Shown here in pieces: positions 12,887 through 44,363 of a DNA stretch of 64,000 nt. How positions within the stretch are numbered: position 1 is the stretch's first letter; the number at the start of each line of letters is the position of its first letter. Source of the DNA: Antedon mediterranea (taxonomy: Eukaryota > Animalia > Echinodermata); contig NC_092673.1 of NCBI RefSeq assembly GCF_964355755.1, positions 36,128,473-36,192,472 on the forward strand, in the 5' to 3' direction. The notes under the pieces are model-generated. The model made no database searches, was not told where the DNA came from, and saw nothing but the letters and a program-made list of their open reading frames with translations. Made by a program: the position numbers and the translations under genes.

Positions 12887-15005
12887 GAAATTCATTCTTT
12901 TTATAACAGAACTTGTTTTGTATAATCAGACAGTTTATATACCAATTATTATTATTATTAGTGATAATACTTTTAATAGGCTTTCTCAATACATACTGTA
13001 TTAAGCAAAAAGCTAAACATCTACTGTCGAAAATGAGGGTGGTTGGTAGTAGACAATACAATATTTTAACTTCAATTAAGAAATACAGTAGTTGGTATAT
13101 AAACTGTTTTTGGCGAGAAACAATCGCATTTAATTTAACTTATTTAATTTTAGATATTATTTGTAAATTTGTATTTTTTATACTGTGCCAAATTGTGTAG
13201 GATAAATAGAGTAGTAATTACTGTAATACATTGATAAGCATATTTAAAACTTTATTGAAACATAAGTTCATGTATTTTATTATAGTTACTGCAGCTTGTG
13301 GTTAGGGGTGTTTTATGCTGTCATTCTAGCAAGTGTTTCAAGGTGCAATTAACTCATTGCTAACTAGTCAAATTAGTATTATTACTGAGATAATGTACAG
13401 GGGCGGGCTATTCCATTTTGCATATATGTATAATTGAAATAATACTATTAAATAACTATCAATATATATATATAAACAAATCAGGCAAAGAACACTAATT
13501 CTAAACTGCCCGGTAATATACTGAAATTTAATTAATTAATTTGAAACGATAAAGATGAGGAAATCTGTGAGAATGAGAAAAAGTCGTATATATATATATA
13601 TATAGTATAATAAAAAAAAATTTGATTAAAATTTGATAATGGTAGAATAAAATGAATTATATTGCAGAGGATGCCTTTGCACCATCATTCCTTTAAATCC
13701 GCCATTGATATAGTACAGTGTATTTAGGGCTACGTTGGTGATGAATACAAACATGAGATGTAATTTGAATTCAATTTTTCCTCCATGTATTTTATTCATT
13801 AATACAAATTTATTGTGAAATAAAACTATCACAATGAAAACGAAGACAAATCGTGTTTATATAATTAAAGCTATTTTGGTTTGTTTATTTTATTTTCACA
13901 TGAACCAACTGCAAATACTTTTTACTAAATGTGAAACCCATGTTTTTTAAAATAATCAAATCTCATTTTATTATGCTTAGGTAGTGAGGCTGTATTTGAG
14001 GGCTGGAAAAAATCCTGCCAGAAAGACCCTTTGGAACTAGCAAGCACTAGCGCTGCAAAATACAGTACCTGTTGTTGTGAAAGAGTATTATCATCATTTA
14101 CTACTTGGAAAAATGCCAAGCACATTTCATTTTTGTTTGCAAGTGCCAGCCTTCTGTCTTTCGTCAAGTATTTCACTCAGTTTTTATAAACGCTTGATTT
14201 CCAACTGCTCTTCTGTTGTCATTGAGGGATGTTATTTCAAAACATGTACATCATCACTGCATAGACTTTATTGCAATCATACCAATTATTTCATGTCCTG
14301 TTATTCACTACCCGATTTATTCAACAACAAAATAAACAAATGTGTTATACTGTTTTTTATTTTATTTTTTGTCTTATTACATAAAAAGTGGAATGAATTT
14401 AACAATACAGTACTTCCCCAGACTTCAGTTTTGAATTTCTGAAGGTAAATATGTTGTATAAAATTGATTATATTTGGTAAAGCAGTGCTGGATTTGGTAT
14501 AGCAATTATCTTACTTGTTGTACTAGCCAGATTTCAGCGTAATGATTTTATAAAAACACGCTTGTAATGTACAATGGTATTGCTATAATATTGTTACTTT
14601 TCAGCTAAACCATAAAAATACTGTACATGATTTTAACATCCAAATGAAAACAATTATTTTCAGCAAATTGTGAAATTTAGAATTCTGCAACCCATTAATT
14701 TTTATGTTTTGAAATTATAATAGTAAAATATTTTTTAATATTGAAAATTCATTTTTTAGCAAAATATTATTAAATAGGCAACTAACTATACTGAACTCAA
14801 AATAACATGGTCTGCATTTTGTTGACAGATTAAAACTTTTTTCAAATTGTTCATTATCTACATTTGCTGTATCTTGACGATAACAGTAGTAAGTCATGAA
14901 TTGGTCATCACAATTTCTCAATGATAGTTTTTGTTGCTTGAAGACTTGTAAAAAGTAGTTGAAGATGCATATTCTAGAAGACTGAATTAAAAACTCCCAG
15001 CAGAT

Positions 15006-15206
15006 TTAGAGAATGCCACATTTGCCCTTATCCTTGTAATGATTTTCACCGCTTGGTGGGATTCCAGTCAAAAGCATATCCTTATCACGATGTTCCACAC
15101 AGTATTCACGTAGACTGGTTGCAGCTTGTGATACAAGCAAGCGTTTGATTGCCGCCTCACGTTTTAGTTGTTCGACAACTTTCTTCATATTCTGGACACC
15201 AGTCAT
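15006..15206 (-). CDS. Heterotrimeric G-protein gamma subunit (66 aa, single coding exon)
   Basis: VEQLKREAAIKRLLVSQAATSLREYC...DMLLTG is a GGL domain; C-terminal CaaX is CGIL. An acceptor lies 2 nt before the ATG (15209-15210); a probable non-coding exon 1 has its donor at ~15550. Confidence 0.95.
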   Translation of the reverse strand: MTGVQNMKKVVEQLKREAAIKRLLVSQAATSLREYCVEHRDKDMLLTGIPPSGENHYKDKGKCGIL

Positions 15207-16466
15207 GGCTGTTTAAAATAGAAACAAATCAAATTATTTATAACAATCAATATGATAACAACAATTAAAAAAGGTCATGCTTCAAAATTTCAGAGGCTGC
15301 TTTATCTTCTGATCGGTTGTCACATTGTTGGTACAGTAAATAGGCCTACAGTATATCAATAGGCTAGCTAGGCGGATCGGGTCATCCGGGGCTGGCTAGG
15401 CTACTGTAGGCCTAGGCTAGCTAGAGAATGTACGTCACTACTCGTGCTGATACCGATATGATAGCCTACGCCTGCTAAACTGGCTAACCGCCGTTCTGTT
15501 GATAAAAAAAATCAACAAGAATTTATTATAAATGAAATAAATGTTCCCACCGTGATAAATTTATTCTTGTAAACCTTAGATTGACAGTAAAAAAGATGTA
15601 TTTTCTGATGACTTCCGTTCTGGAATTACAGCATCAGACCAACTCTATCGGCGACGCCTATTTTGGTTGTTCTTTGAGGGTCTCTCGATAGAGGGCGCGC
15701 GGTGGGAAAATGTAACTCCTCTCTGTTTTGGATTCTTTTATTCGGAAAACTTGTTTCCGCAGAGGGATTTTCTTCTTTTTTTCATCTTTTTTTCTTTTTC
15801 AACGTTCCACCATTATTATTTGAAATATCTTAATTTGTTAATTTGATAGGAGGCGGAACCAAAAAACTGATGTTATCATTTTTTATATGTTCAATATAGG
15901 CATTGCCAAGGAAAGTGACGGCCCTCTTTACCTTCTGGACCAACAACAAATTGTTCCTTTCGTTTAATAGGGGGACCGACCACCAAGTAACATTACAAAT
16001 TAAATGGGAAAATGAATGAATGACTAATTTGACAATACATGTTGGCATCAACCAATGAAAGCTGTCATAGACAATGCCTCATCATGTTCATATATTATGA
16101 AGATCCATGTTGTACTACCATCTAAATGAATGTAATTTTGATCTTTGTCAAGAGAAAAATCCTCCAAGGCGTATGACAGAGGATTTGAACCGGTAGTTTA
16201 TCCACCCCCTTCTCCACTTTATCGAATTTGTTTTTTTAAATGGTTGATCTCGACCCCACCACTGATGATAGTTCGCTAAATAAGCTATATATGTTTTATC
16301 CTTAACTGGGCCATAAACAAATAGAATAAGAACGCAACATGTTTGAATCACCGGCCAATTGTTATTTTATTTCACAATTTCAAATAATAAAGTCTTATAT
16401 ATGAATTCATGACTTGTGTTTTGCCAATCTTCCCACCAATGAGGCAATTAAGTTCTTGTCATCAAT

Positions 16467-16596
16467 GGGATCACATCTTTCACATAATGGAATTATTCAG
16501 TGAATGCCTCTCTGATGAGGACGGTTAGTAGAGGGACCACATCTTTCACATAATGGAATTATTCAGTGAATGCCTCTCTGATGAGGACGGTTAGTT
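16467..16596. repeat. 66-bp direct duplication in the likely 3' UTR of the second G-gamma gene
   Basis: CACATCTTTCACATAATGGAATTATTCAGTGAATGCCTCTCTGATGAGGACGGTTAGT occurs twice. Confidence 0.9.
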
Positions 16597-16713
16597 AGCA
16601 GGATGAGTAACGCGCGACATCCTCTTTTATGATTTTATTAAAATACCAGTTTTCACCACCAATAGATGAACGGATATACACATTATTAGTGGAAACAAAT
16701 GATTTATTTGGCT

Positions 16714-17208
16714 TTATATTAAACAACATGGTCTGCTACTCATTCTGTAAGGAGAAACACGTCCTGGGTTGTCAGCTGTTGGACCTCCTGTCAGTAAAAA
16801 GTCATTTTTTCCAAGTGAAATGCAGTATTGTTTGAGATCAAGTGCTGCTTCTGATACTGGGATTCGAACAATTGATGCCTCTCTTTTTAACTGTTTGATG
16901 TCCTGTCTTAAGCGCATTGACTCTGTTTTGATTCTATACTGAACTCTGTGGTATGAAGAAATAAACTTTATGATAGATACTAATTTAACCTTGTTCACTC
17001 AACTGAAATGTAATGCATTCGATCAGTAATAAAAATAATAATAATAATCAATAATATTAATGAAAGTACAGAGTAGCCTTGTCTACCAAACGTAACGTCA
17101 CATTTTATTTCCATTTGTCTTATCTTTCGTCATTTTCGTCATTACTTCTGTTCACTATAACAAAGTGTTATACATTCTCACAGTAAAAAATGCTTACCTT
17201 GGATCCAT
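16714..17208 (-). CDS. Second, divergent G-protein gamma subunit (~80 aa); coding exons 17208-17198 and 16945-16714
   Basis: ATG GAT CCA AG|GTAAGC splices in frame to CAG|A GTT CAG. IKQLKREASIVRIPVSEAALDLKQYC...DFLLTG is a GGL domain; CaaX is CCLI. A probable UTR exon donor lies at ~17543. Confidence 0.88.
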
Positions 17209-17599
17209 TGTAATGTTGAAACTTCACCACTCAATCGTGTAGTTACAATAAGATTGAAATCCTATGTATGACAGCAGTTCAAACTTCACTTTCATTACCT
17301 ATTAAATTAGATTTATTCACAGCGATTCAATAATAAAACATCGATACTACTAAAGTAAATACATTAACCATCGGCGGTCGACGTCTAATTACGCATTACA
17401 CGCAAACAAGGGCGTATACTAAATAACCAACTTAGTTCCTACAACCAACTCTGGCATTATAAACTGCTCGATATACTACTACAATATTATAAGGCCCCTG
17501 GACAAACTGAGAACAACATAATTTACAGAAAATATGACTTACTTAGCTTTATAAATTCGACTGAATATGACTCATTATCACCTCTTCGTTCACGTTAAA

Positions 17600-18309
17600 C
17601 TGGTGTATAAGTAAGACAAGAAGAAGACTTAGCAGCCAATGTATGGAATGCTCAACTCTCATATCCGGAAGAAGTGACGTGGTATATTAAGCACAGTGGT
17701 AAAGGATATTGCTTTTATCTTTCCGGTAGTATGGTCGACCAAATAAGGTGTGATGTTAAAAAGATAACGGCGCGTCAATACACTTTTTTTTTTCAAATTA
17801 CAATTTTTAGTATTTAGTATAGTATTACTTTGTATGGAGTTTACACTTTATTTTCAATATAGTGGGCGCGCCTTTGACCGACTCATGGTTCTGTAACTAC
17901 TGGATCCTCTGTTATGCTTTTTAATTGCCATCATAGATAGGAACGGAATCCTCAGCGTCTACGCGCCGCCAAACATGTTTTTTTCTTGAAACAACGTCGG
18001 AGAATCGTGTTTATTGCTTAATTTTCGTAAAATCGAATCACAGAACGTGATGTCAAACCTGAATAGCTATTTGCATTACTTAAATCCATATGTAAACTGT
18101 TTTTTTAGTACTGAGATATTCATTGCGTTGTTTTGAATTTTTAATTAGCAGTGAACTTGCTAGCCAATCACAATGTAGCAAATTGGAATCCAGGGTGATG
18201 TTTATACCACGTGACCATAATCAAAATGGCGTTTTTGTTGTTGTAAAAATGAGGAAGGTCGTGTGAAATACAAAACATTATTAGGCCTAGACGTTGATTA
18301 AATAAGAAG
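17600..18309. promoter_or_regulatory. Divergent (bidirectional) promoter region between G-gamma 2 (-) and DNAAF9 (+)
   Basis: Head-to-head genes; locally CpG-rich; ETS-like CCGGAAG (~17666) and TTCCGG (~17721); CCAAT (~18164); YY1-like AAAATGGCG (~18223). Confidence 0.55.
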
Positions 18310-36268
<17,959 letters not shown>

Positions 36269-37358
36269 GAAAGAAGAAAATCATCAAATAGATAAGAAGG
36301 GTTACAGTTGTTTTTAGATGCCACAGTTGAAAGAAAAGCATTAAATATACTGTATAACAAGGGTTACAGTTGATACCACAGTTGAAAGAAAATGTAATGA
36401 AACAGAAGTATATTTCTTTCTTTTTTTCTATTGTGCCTTTGTGTATTCTCACATTTGAAGTATCAAACATAAAGCATAATCTGATTTTGTTGGCATTTAA
36501 ATATTCAATTTGGCTGAAGGCGCCATCAGGGTTGGTTTTGTTAGACAAAGGTGGTATCAGGATTCTGTATTATATTTGTAAAATGTTAAGTGTTTACAGT
36601 TACTGAATTGTTCTTAAAATAGTGTTAAAGGTTTTGCTGTGCAATGTTGTTCACTGTGAATACTTGGTTTTAATTATTCAATCCGTCCAGCCAGTACCTA
36701 AATGATGAAGCTTACTGTAAATACATATTTGTTGTATTTGTCACCTAATACCTTATGATGGTCTTAACATTAGGTTTAGAGGTCTCAAAACCATCTGTGG
36801 GAGTATGTATCAATATTATGTATTATACAAGTATCAAAAAATATAAAGTAGAAAATATTTATTGCCTAAAAAGTTTACTGGAATATATTCTTGCACATTC
36901 CATTTCCAACATACTGTACACTAAAAGTAGGCCTACATTAGTACGTACAGGGGGTTTCTTCCATATGACCTGTCTTTTTAGTATTTATATAATATTTGTC
37001 TTTTGATAAATCGTTAGAGCCATGTTAATACAATGCACATTTATTGTTCAATATGTTACACAATTCATTGTATTAAATATTGAAATATTATGATGAGTAT
37101 TTGTGTCTATGTTAACACCACAGCTACAATACAGTTGAGTCCATGTATTTTGACAAGAATTATTTCAAAGATGAAATTCTGTCCACAGAATTTCTTTCAA
37201 GAGAAAAATTGAGTAAATGGCGCCGCCAATAGTGTATCGTGTTTATTTGCATTGATCGAATAGGAAGTGTGATTTGTGATATCTTCATACTGGCTGCTCT
37301 AGGCTAGGCCTCGAAGTCTAACTGGGATCTCGGTCTACACTATCGTTGCCCGTCGATA

Positions 37359-40300
37359 ATGGCTGCATTGGGTGAGCTGCAAGGGGCGGGCCTGATTGGT
37401 ATGTAATTCTAAATACTTTGTGTAAATTATTGTATTTTGTTAAGCTAGATCTAATTGTCGGCCTACTATACTACGGATTAGGCCAAGTAAGTTGAGCCGC
37501 CGACAAGTTGAGCCGCCGCCAGAAAAACGTTATTTTCTATGAAACGCCAAATGCTTACTTTCGCCGGTGCTCGTTTCTATTTATTTAATAGAAGTTCTAT
37601 TTATATTAATTATTAGATATAACGATGTATATTCCAAAGTTTATATATCACGGTTTTTAGTATATATTATTAAATATTATAATTAAAGAGAAATAATTAT
37701 GAATATCTGACTTGTAGATTCCAAAATATAAGGCCTAAAACGTGACCGAAAATGATCGTTTTTAGCCAAAAATGACGTAAACATGTTGCCCCCTTTAGGC
37801 GGCAGTTGTATGAACTAGGCCTACTCCATTTTTCGGTAAAATAATTGCATAAAATCACCGTTTTTTAGTAAAATATTTTGTGTATTAACATTGTAAAATT
37901 CAATAAAATATGATATTAAAAGATAGTAGATAAAAAATAATAATTATTTAACCTCATTCGAAGAGTATCAATACTCTATTATATTAGTCCTGAGAGACAA
38001 CATGATTTTACGCGAGAAAAATATTATGGAGTGCACTGGACTTGAAAGAATTTGAAAGATTTGAAAGATTAAAAACAATTAAATTATTAAATATGACTAC
38101 TTTCCTTTGCTGTGTTGTTATGGCGGTTCAAACCAACAAAATTATAGTATGTAATTATTATTTATTTTCATGACACAATAAACCTAAAGACCATGAACTT
38201 ATGTACTAGGACACCCCTCTATCACTACGCGAAATGTCGTAAAAGACGCACTGGGCGTTTCATAGAAATTACCGGCGGCTCAACTTGTCGGCGGCCCAAC
38301 CGGTCATATCCCTATACTACTACAGGGTAGGCCTAGTAGGACCCAGACAGTAGGCCCTAGGCCTAGATAGAGATAGCATATAGCCTAGATAGGGCCTACT
38401 AAGCCCTAGCCTAGAGGTAGGCCAAGGGTTGGGCTGTCCCGCCCAACCCTTGAATTGTCCGGGTGTCTCGAAAACAGAGACCCGAGACCCAGGGTCTGTG
38501 TTTCCGAGAAAATCTCGAAAACAGAGACCCCCACTAAAACGTCTCAATATTACGTAATATAGGCCTAGGGGGTCTCTGTTTTCGAGAAAATCTCGAAAAC
38601 AGAGACCCCCACTAAAACGTCTCAATATTACGTTATATAGGGGGTCTCTGTTTTCGAGTTTTTCTCGAAAACAGAGACCCCACTAACTAAAACGTCTAAA
38701 TATTACATTATATAGTGGGTCTCTGTTTTCGAGTTTTTCTCGAAAACAGAGACCCCCACTAAAACGTCTCAATATTACGTTATATAGGGGGTCTCTGTTT
38801 TTGAGTTCTCGAAAATAGAGACCCCCACTAAAACGTCTCAATATTACATTATATAGGGGGGTCTCTGTTTTCGAGTTTTCCTTGAAAACAGAGACCCCAC
38901 TAAAACGTCTCAAAATTACGTTATATAAGGGTTCTCTGTTTTCGAGAAAAACTCGAAAACAGAGACCCCCACTAAAACGTCTCATTATATTGGGGGCCCG
39001 GTCTCTTTTTTCGAGATTTCCCGAGACCCCCTAATATAATTCCTGTTTATTAAGAGTGTTGCAAATACCCACCAACGAGCTTGGTCATAAATTATTAAAA
39101 CCCAACTTTTATCGCAAAAACCGTGAATTTATGTTTATTTATTTATCAATTTATTTATTTTTTTTTAATTCATTTCTTTTTTAAGGCTCGCCCAACACAA
39201 TATATTTGTCTTCATCCTCCAGTCTGCCTCAAAGTCTGACCTCATATCATTTTGTTATTGCATTGTACGTTTATTATCTTTTATGCTTGTAAATAAATGT
39301 TACGAAACTAGTGTCAGCTTTTGAAATAATCTCCCGCTTTTTAGCTTCTAAAAGGCACAACATGCATTTATACATCTTATTCTAGGACGTCGACCTTGTA
39401 TTCCAAAATGACAGTCTTTTCACACGCGTTCAAGAATTCATCAATCTCTTCTTATCGTTGCGGCATGTTCTTTGATCGGCATATCAGTTACCGTTTATTA
39501 CTGATGATACGTCATTCTGTGATTTTGAGACGTTTTAGTGGGGCCCCCTATATAACGTAATATTGACGTAATATTGAGACGTTTTAGTGGGGGTCTCTGT
39601 TTTCGAGAAAAACTCGAAAACAGAGACCCCCTATATAATGTAATATTGACACGTTTCAGTGGGGGTCTCTGTTTTCGAGAAAAACTCGAAAACAGAGACC
39701 CCCTATATAATGTAATATTGACACGTTTTAGTGGGGGTCTCTGTTTTCGAGAACGTCCCCCTATATTACGTAATATTGAGACGTTTTAGTGGGGGTCTCT
39801 GTTTTCGAGATTTTCTCGAAAACAGAGACCCTGGGTCTCGGGTCTCTGTTTTCGAGACACCCTGAATTGTCCCGCTTTCAAAATATTTTATGATGAAAAG
39901 AGTAGAGACCAGATTAAAAAGCTATCTGGTAATACACAGGGCCCAGCCTACTACTGTACTAAAAACTAGGCGTTTAATCCGGCCTGATAATATATCATAC
40001 ATAAAAATAGAGTATATAACTCTCTCTGTATGTTCATATTCATATTACAGAAAAGGATACCAATGATGATGTTTTGTGGACGTGGTCTTATCCAGTGGTA
40101 ACGGCTGATTTTCGTGATGTTCTTCTTTATAAGTGTCCGTTAACTTCTGATTGCCCTTATACACAATTCATCTTTGGTCAACACAAACATAAATGGTTTT
40201 ACATAGCCACTCAGGATGTTGCCAATCATCCAACATTAACCAAAGTAAGCAGTCTTGTTTTCTAGTATTGTTTATGTTTTTATAATTTAATTGCATTTTG

Positions 40301-42305
40301 GTTTTTCTTTGTTATTTTAAAACTTTCAGTAAGAAATTGCAATTGATGCTACAAAACAGTTTTAGAATAAATTATTGAAGAATAACATTGAGCTTGAGTA
40401 ATACAAATTATTTATATTGCAGGTAAAGGCATTTTCACTTGTTCTTTTATGCAAGGATTTTAATCCAGAGAAATATAAGGCACTGAGTTTAATACTGTAT
40501 AGCACATTTATGAGGACAGGCAGCCCTTCATCCATGCTTGAGAGTTATTTATCTGTTTTAACTAAAGGCTCTTGTCCAAGTGAAAACAATGGAACATTTT
40601 TAGTACAAGATTTTGATGTTAGGAAGGCTTATGCTGAATCAAATCTTAGTGGTAAGTACATTGCAATTAATAATATTTATCTGCCAGTTTTAGTTTTTAT
40701 TTAGTTGCTCTGCTCTTCACATTGATTCCATTCACAAGGCATTTATGAGGATGCCTATCAATTGGCAATATGAAAGTGAGTGCCCTAACCACTCGGCTAT
40801 CCAACTCCTACCCAGTATAAATATAAATTTCAATTTAATTCAATTATGAAATTAAAATCCTATGATATGTACTGTAGGATTTAATTTATTCAATTTCTGC
40901 AAAAATTACAAAACAGAAAACAATACAAAGGTTGCCAAGGATTATCAGAAGGGAACTAAATCTTTGTATGAAAACTTTAACAGAAATACACATAAATAGA
41001 AAATATAATTTTGAAAATAGCAAAAGATGCATGGCTAAAGATTTGATATAAATTAAATACAAATGTTTATTTTCTATAGAACTAATAGAAATGTTTGGAA
41101 TGGAAGCTATTTTGATTTATACAGCAATGCTTTTGAAGAGGAGAATTGTTGTTTATCATTCAAATGTACAAGAATTACTAGCTTTTACAAGGTATGTCCT
41201 CACTAGAATGTGTGATTCAAGTTTAATATAATAATTATACTATGAGTGGCCTTAGTCTGTTGTTTTCTGCTATTGTATGTATTCTAATTAATTGTGCAAT
41301 AGATCAGTATAAGCTGAAAATAATTGGTTTAATAATAACTCATACAAGTCAAGTCTCACTGATGTGAGGTGAGGCACACACTTCTTAACTAAAACTCTCA
41401 TGCCACACACACTTACGCTTTTTCACAAATCTCAATCTTTATTTTATTAAATCAAAGCCGATCCAGTAGGCCAAGCAAATTCTACGTAAAAATCCACTTA
41501 GGTAGTTTTGAAACAGTCGGGCGGGACCGTTTCAGCCAACTTTTGGAGGTCACCTTATACTGGACATGTGTATGATCATTGTGTAAAAAAATATTATTGT
41601 TTACAGATCTCTTCCTGCTTTAGTTTGGCACAGGCAGAACTGGTCAATTATGTCACCATATGTACATTTGAAAACCCAGGAGCTTGAAAGCCTAAACAGC
41701 ATTCTTTTAATGGGCTTCACAGATGCTGCTGTTGAGAATCATACTGAACTATATGATCTTTATGTAAATCTCCCAGCTAATGAGATTATGATAGCCACTC
41801 ATGCTAAAAGTAAGTTATAACTATATTTTAAATGTCATTGAAAAGCGACAACATTATATGCCTAAATAGTTATCTTATAGTACAATTCCAATTACAAATT
41901 TATAGTTATAAAGACAGTATTCAAGTTTTAAATATTAAAGTGTTTTAAAAATATTTGTTCTAGGCATATTTGGAATGGGTAAACTACACAAAGACATTGC
42001 TCAAACAATGGTAAAGTGTATGGAGGAAGGTAACACAGAACAACAGATTATTAAGGTATATAAATGTTACCATTGGAAAGAACTAAATTGAAAACTAAAC
42101 TGAAATCTTGTAACCATTAATTTTTATCTTAAAGGAATTGTCTGTGAAAACAAAAGAATTAATAAGCAATCTGAAATCATTAGGAGAAACATCAGGACAA
42201 AATCTGTGTATAACATTTGATATTCTAAAGAAGAAAAGTCTGCCACCAGCTACAGAAAACTTTTTATACAACTTGGCTGCAGCAGAGGGCTTTCTTCAAA
42301 TTTGA
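37359..42305 (+). CDS. DENND10: DENND10 / FAM45A homolog; exons 37359-37398, 40051-40244, 40423-40651, 41080-41191, 41607-41809, 41964-42055, 42135-42305
   Basis: GAGLIEKDTNDDVLWTWSYP, FSLVLLCKDFNPEKY, GSPSSMLESYLSVLTKGSC.SENNGTF...DFDVRKAY, LPALVWHRQNWSI, MGKLHKDI and LPPATENFLYNLAAAEG are collinear with human DENND10; junctions are phase-consistent. Confidence 0.96.
37481..38311. mobile_element. MITE-like DNA element, longer copy of the 6125-6496 family in opposite orientation
   Basis: GTTGAGCCGCCGACAAGTTGAGCCGCCG ... CGGCGGCTCAACTTGTCGGCGGCCCAAC inverted repeats. Confidence 0.85.
38461..39862. mobile_element. Foldback-type non-autonomous DNA transposon with 10-bp target-site duplication (Mutator-like by TSD length)
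   Basis: TIR GGGTGTCTCGAAAACAGAGACCCGAGACCC / GGGTCTCGGGTCTCTGTTTTCGAGACACCC; TSD TGAATTGTCC at 38451-38460 and 39863-39872; subterminal arrays of palindromic units. Confidence 0.92.
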
Positions 42306-43519
42306 TATCGAAACAACAATTTGAAGTCACAACATGTAAAAGTCGCAAATATTAATAGACTAAATTAATAGATAGAATTAATAGTAAATTATTGAATTAA
42401 TAGTAAATTATTGTATAAATTGATTGGGTGTTTATGATGCTGGGGAGATGCAGCGACATGGTATATCCAGACCCTATATTAAATGGGGCACTCAATTACA
42501 CATTTAAACAAATAAAAAAGGACTAAAATAATAGTACTGTATATTTCATTTAAATGGTTGTTAATACTAATAGTAATTACAAAAATTGATCTTTATAATA
42601 AAATATAATAATGACTTTGACCAATGCATATACAGTTTCAGAGTTACTGTTACTCTACTTATAGTGCAGACCTCCCAACTCTACTGATCATTTTTCCTGG
42701 ATATTGGATAAATCACAACAAAATATCCCAAAATGTATTATTAGGCTCTAGAGATTAGATAACATACTATCGGTCAATGAAATTACTAATGTATATAAAT
42801 GCAAAATTATAATATTGGTGAAAGGCTTTCTTTGTTCCTAGTTGCAAACGAGTAATATTGTCAGTTTTGTCTGTTTGGGCAGAGGCCTAAACATACATCA
42901 TATTGCTTATTAAATAAAATAGGTTTCTAAATTAACTACTGTATATACTATATTTTGCTTTGAATAGAAATTTATTTTTGATCTTGACCCTATGAAATGG
43001 TGTCACGGTATTCAGCCCATGGGTAATGAATGAATTCCTTTCCTATTATCCAAATACCAAACATTGCCCATAAGATTCGCTATATCACAAGATATCAATG
43101 CTACTTTCTCAAGATTAAGGAACCAGCTTTGGCCACGTCATAAGTTTCTTACCCCGGCGCTCCAATTAGACAAATAGGAAATGAAATCTGCTGGACATGA
43201 TAATGTGCAATATTATCTAAATGTTTGCATGTGAGTTTCCCAAATGAAAATTATAAATGCTTGTGTTCCTCGGCAGTGGAAAGAATATCTGTGTTGAATA
43301 TATGATAAAATTAAGACAAGTTCGTTTGACATCACAATTTGCCGAAGTAACTGAAGGAATTATACAACCTTTTGTTAAAAGACATTGGACCGACATGGAC
43401 ACTAATATATACAACACATTTCTAATTGTCAATAAATTCATTGATTGACATGATCTAAAATTTACCAAGCAAATTTGATGCAATTTTTGATAAAAACTGT
43501 ATTTTGTGAACTGAACTTT

Positions 43520-44030
43520 TATTGTATCTCTTTTAAATCAGAGGCACAGTCTCAATGAGATGTGCAACAAGTTTACAGTGAAAAATAATACATACACACT
43601 TAAATATAAATACAAAACAAGAAATTAGACATAAGAACAAAATTACAAAAAAAAAAATTTAAGAGAACTGAGACAGATTAAATACTAAGAAAATGAATAA
43701 ATTAAGTTTGAGAAGGAATTGTATTATATATAATCATTTCGTGTGTTCCAAGCCATGGTCAGAAAAATTTTACAATGTTTGTCGAAAATAATACTTGCTA
43801 ATTCGTATACATCATGGGTCAATTGATTTGGTGTAATTTTAAATTCATTATGGATTTCAAGGTCATCGAAGAATAAGTGGTATTTAAGATCTAGAGAGCT
43901 AGTAGTAAACAATTCCCAGAACATGGATAGATTATTGTTGTTATCACTTCTCATATTAATAATTGTCATATCTAGGGGGTATTTATTTGATTACACATGT
44001 ATTTCCATAATAATTACACCAAAAAATGCC
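43520..44030 (-). mobile_element. Possible 5'-truncated LINE remnant (end of ORF2 plus 3' UTR)
   Basis: Minus-strand 81-aa ORF ending FLTMAWNTRNDYI*, followed by a T-rich UTR-like tract and AATAAA; resemblance to non-LTR ORF2 C-termini is recalled, not searched. Confidence 0.35.
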
Positions 44031-44134
44031 TTACCCGAATAAACGCCTCCCTCGAATAAACTCGCCCTAAAATCCCCTTCCTGAACAATAAACCCAGCCC
44101 CTCCCCACTGGGCGTTTATTCGAATAAAACGGTA
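44031..44134. mobile_element. Short pogo/Tigger-like MITE
   Basis: CGAATAAACGCC repeats and an inverted GGGCGTTTATTCGAATAAAACGGTA end. Confidence 0.55.
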
Positions 44135-44140
44135 ACATAT

Positions 44141-44363
44141 ACAGCGCCCTCTAGCAGACTAGTCGTGTTGCTTAGCTCACTGCTCACACCACCAGCAGCA
44201 GAGCTTAGCACCACCTATTCTTTGCTCCACCACCAACCAGCTCCTGCCTGCAGCTGGCTGTTGTAATCGCTTGGGACGTTTGTACCGATTATCAATATTC
44301 AGATCAGTTATTAAACACTTATCAAAGTTTGTTTCCCCCAAATAACGATACACACAGGTAAGC
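44141..44363 (+). promoter_or_regulatory. Candidate promoter and non-coding first exon of the PPAR-like gene
   Basis: CTCF-like motif at 44143-44157, a GC-richer patch and a strong donor CAG|GTAAGC at 44358. Confidence 0.4.

Noticed and set aside
16505-16625. Possible hammerhead ribozyme (CTGATGAG twice)
   Set aside because: No properly placed GAAA or stems II/III could be found; the doubling is explained by a 66-bp duplication.
16946-16998. ORF-track N-terminus MNKVKLVSIIKFISSYH of G-gamma 2
   Set aside because: Lies upstream of a clear acceptor and begins at a non-ATG codon; a spliced ATG exon at 17208-17198 fits in frame.
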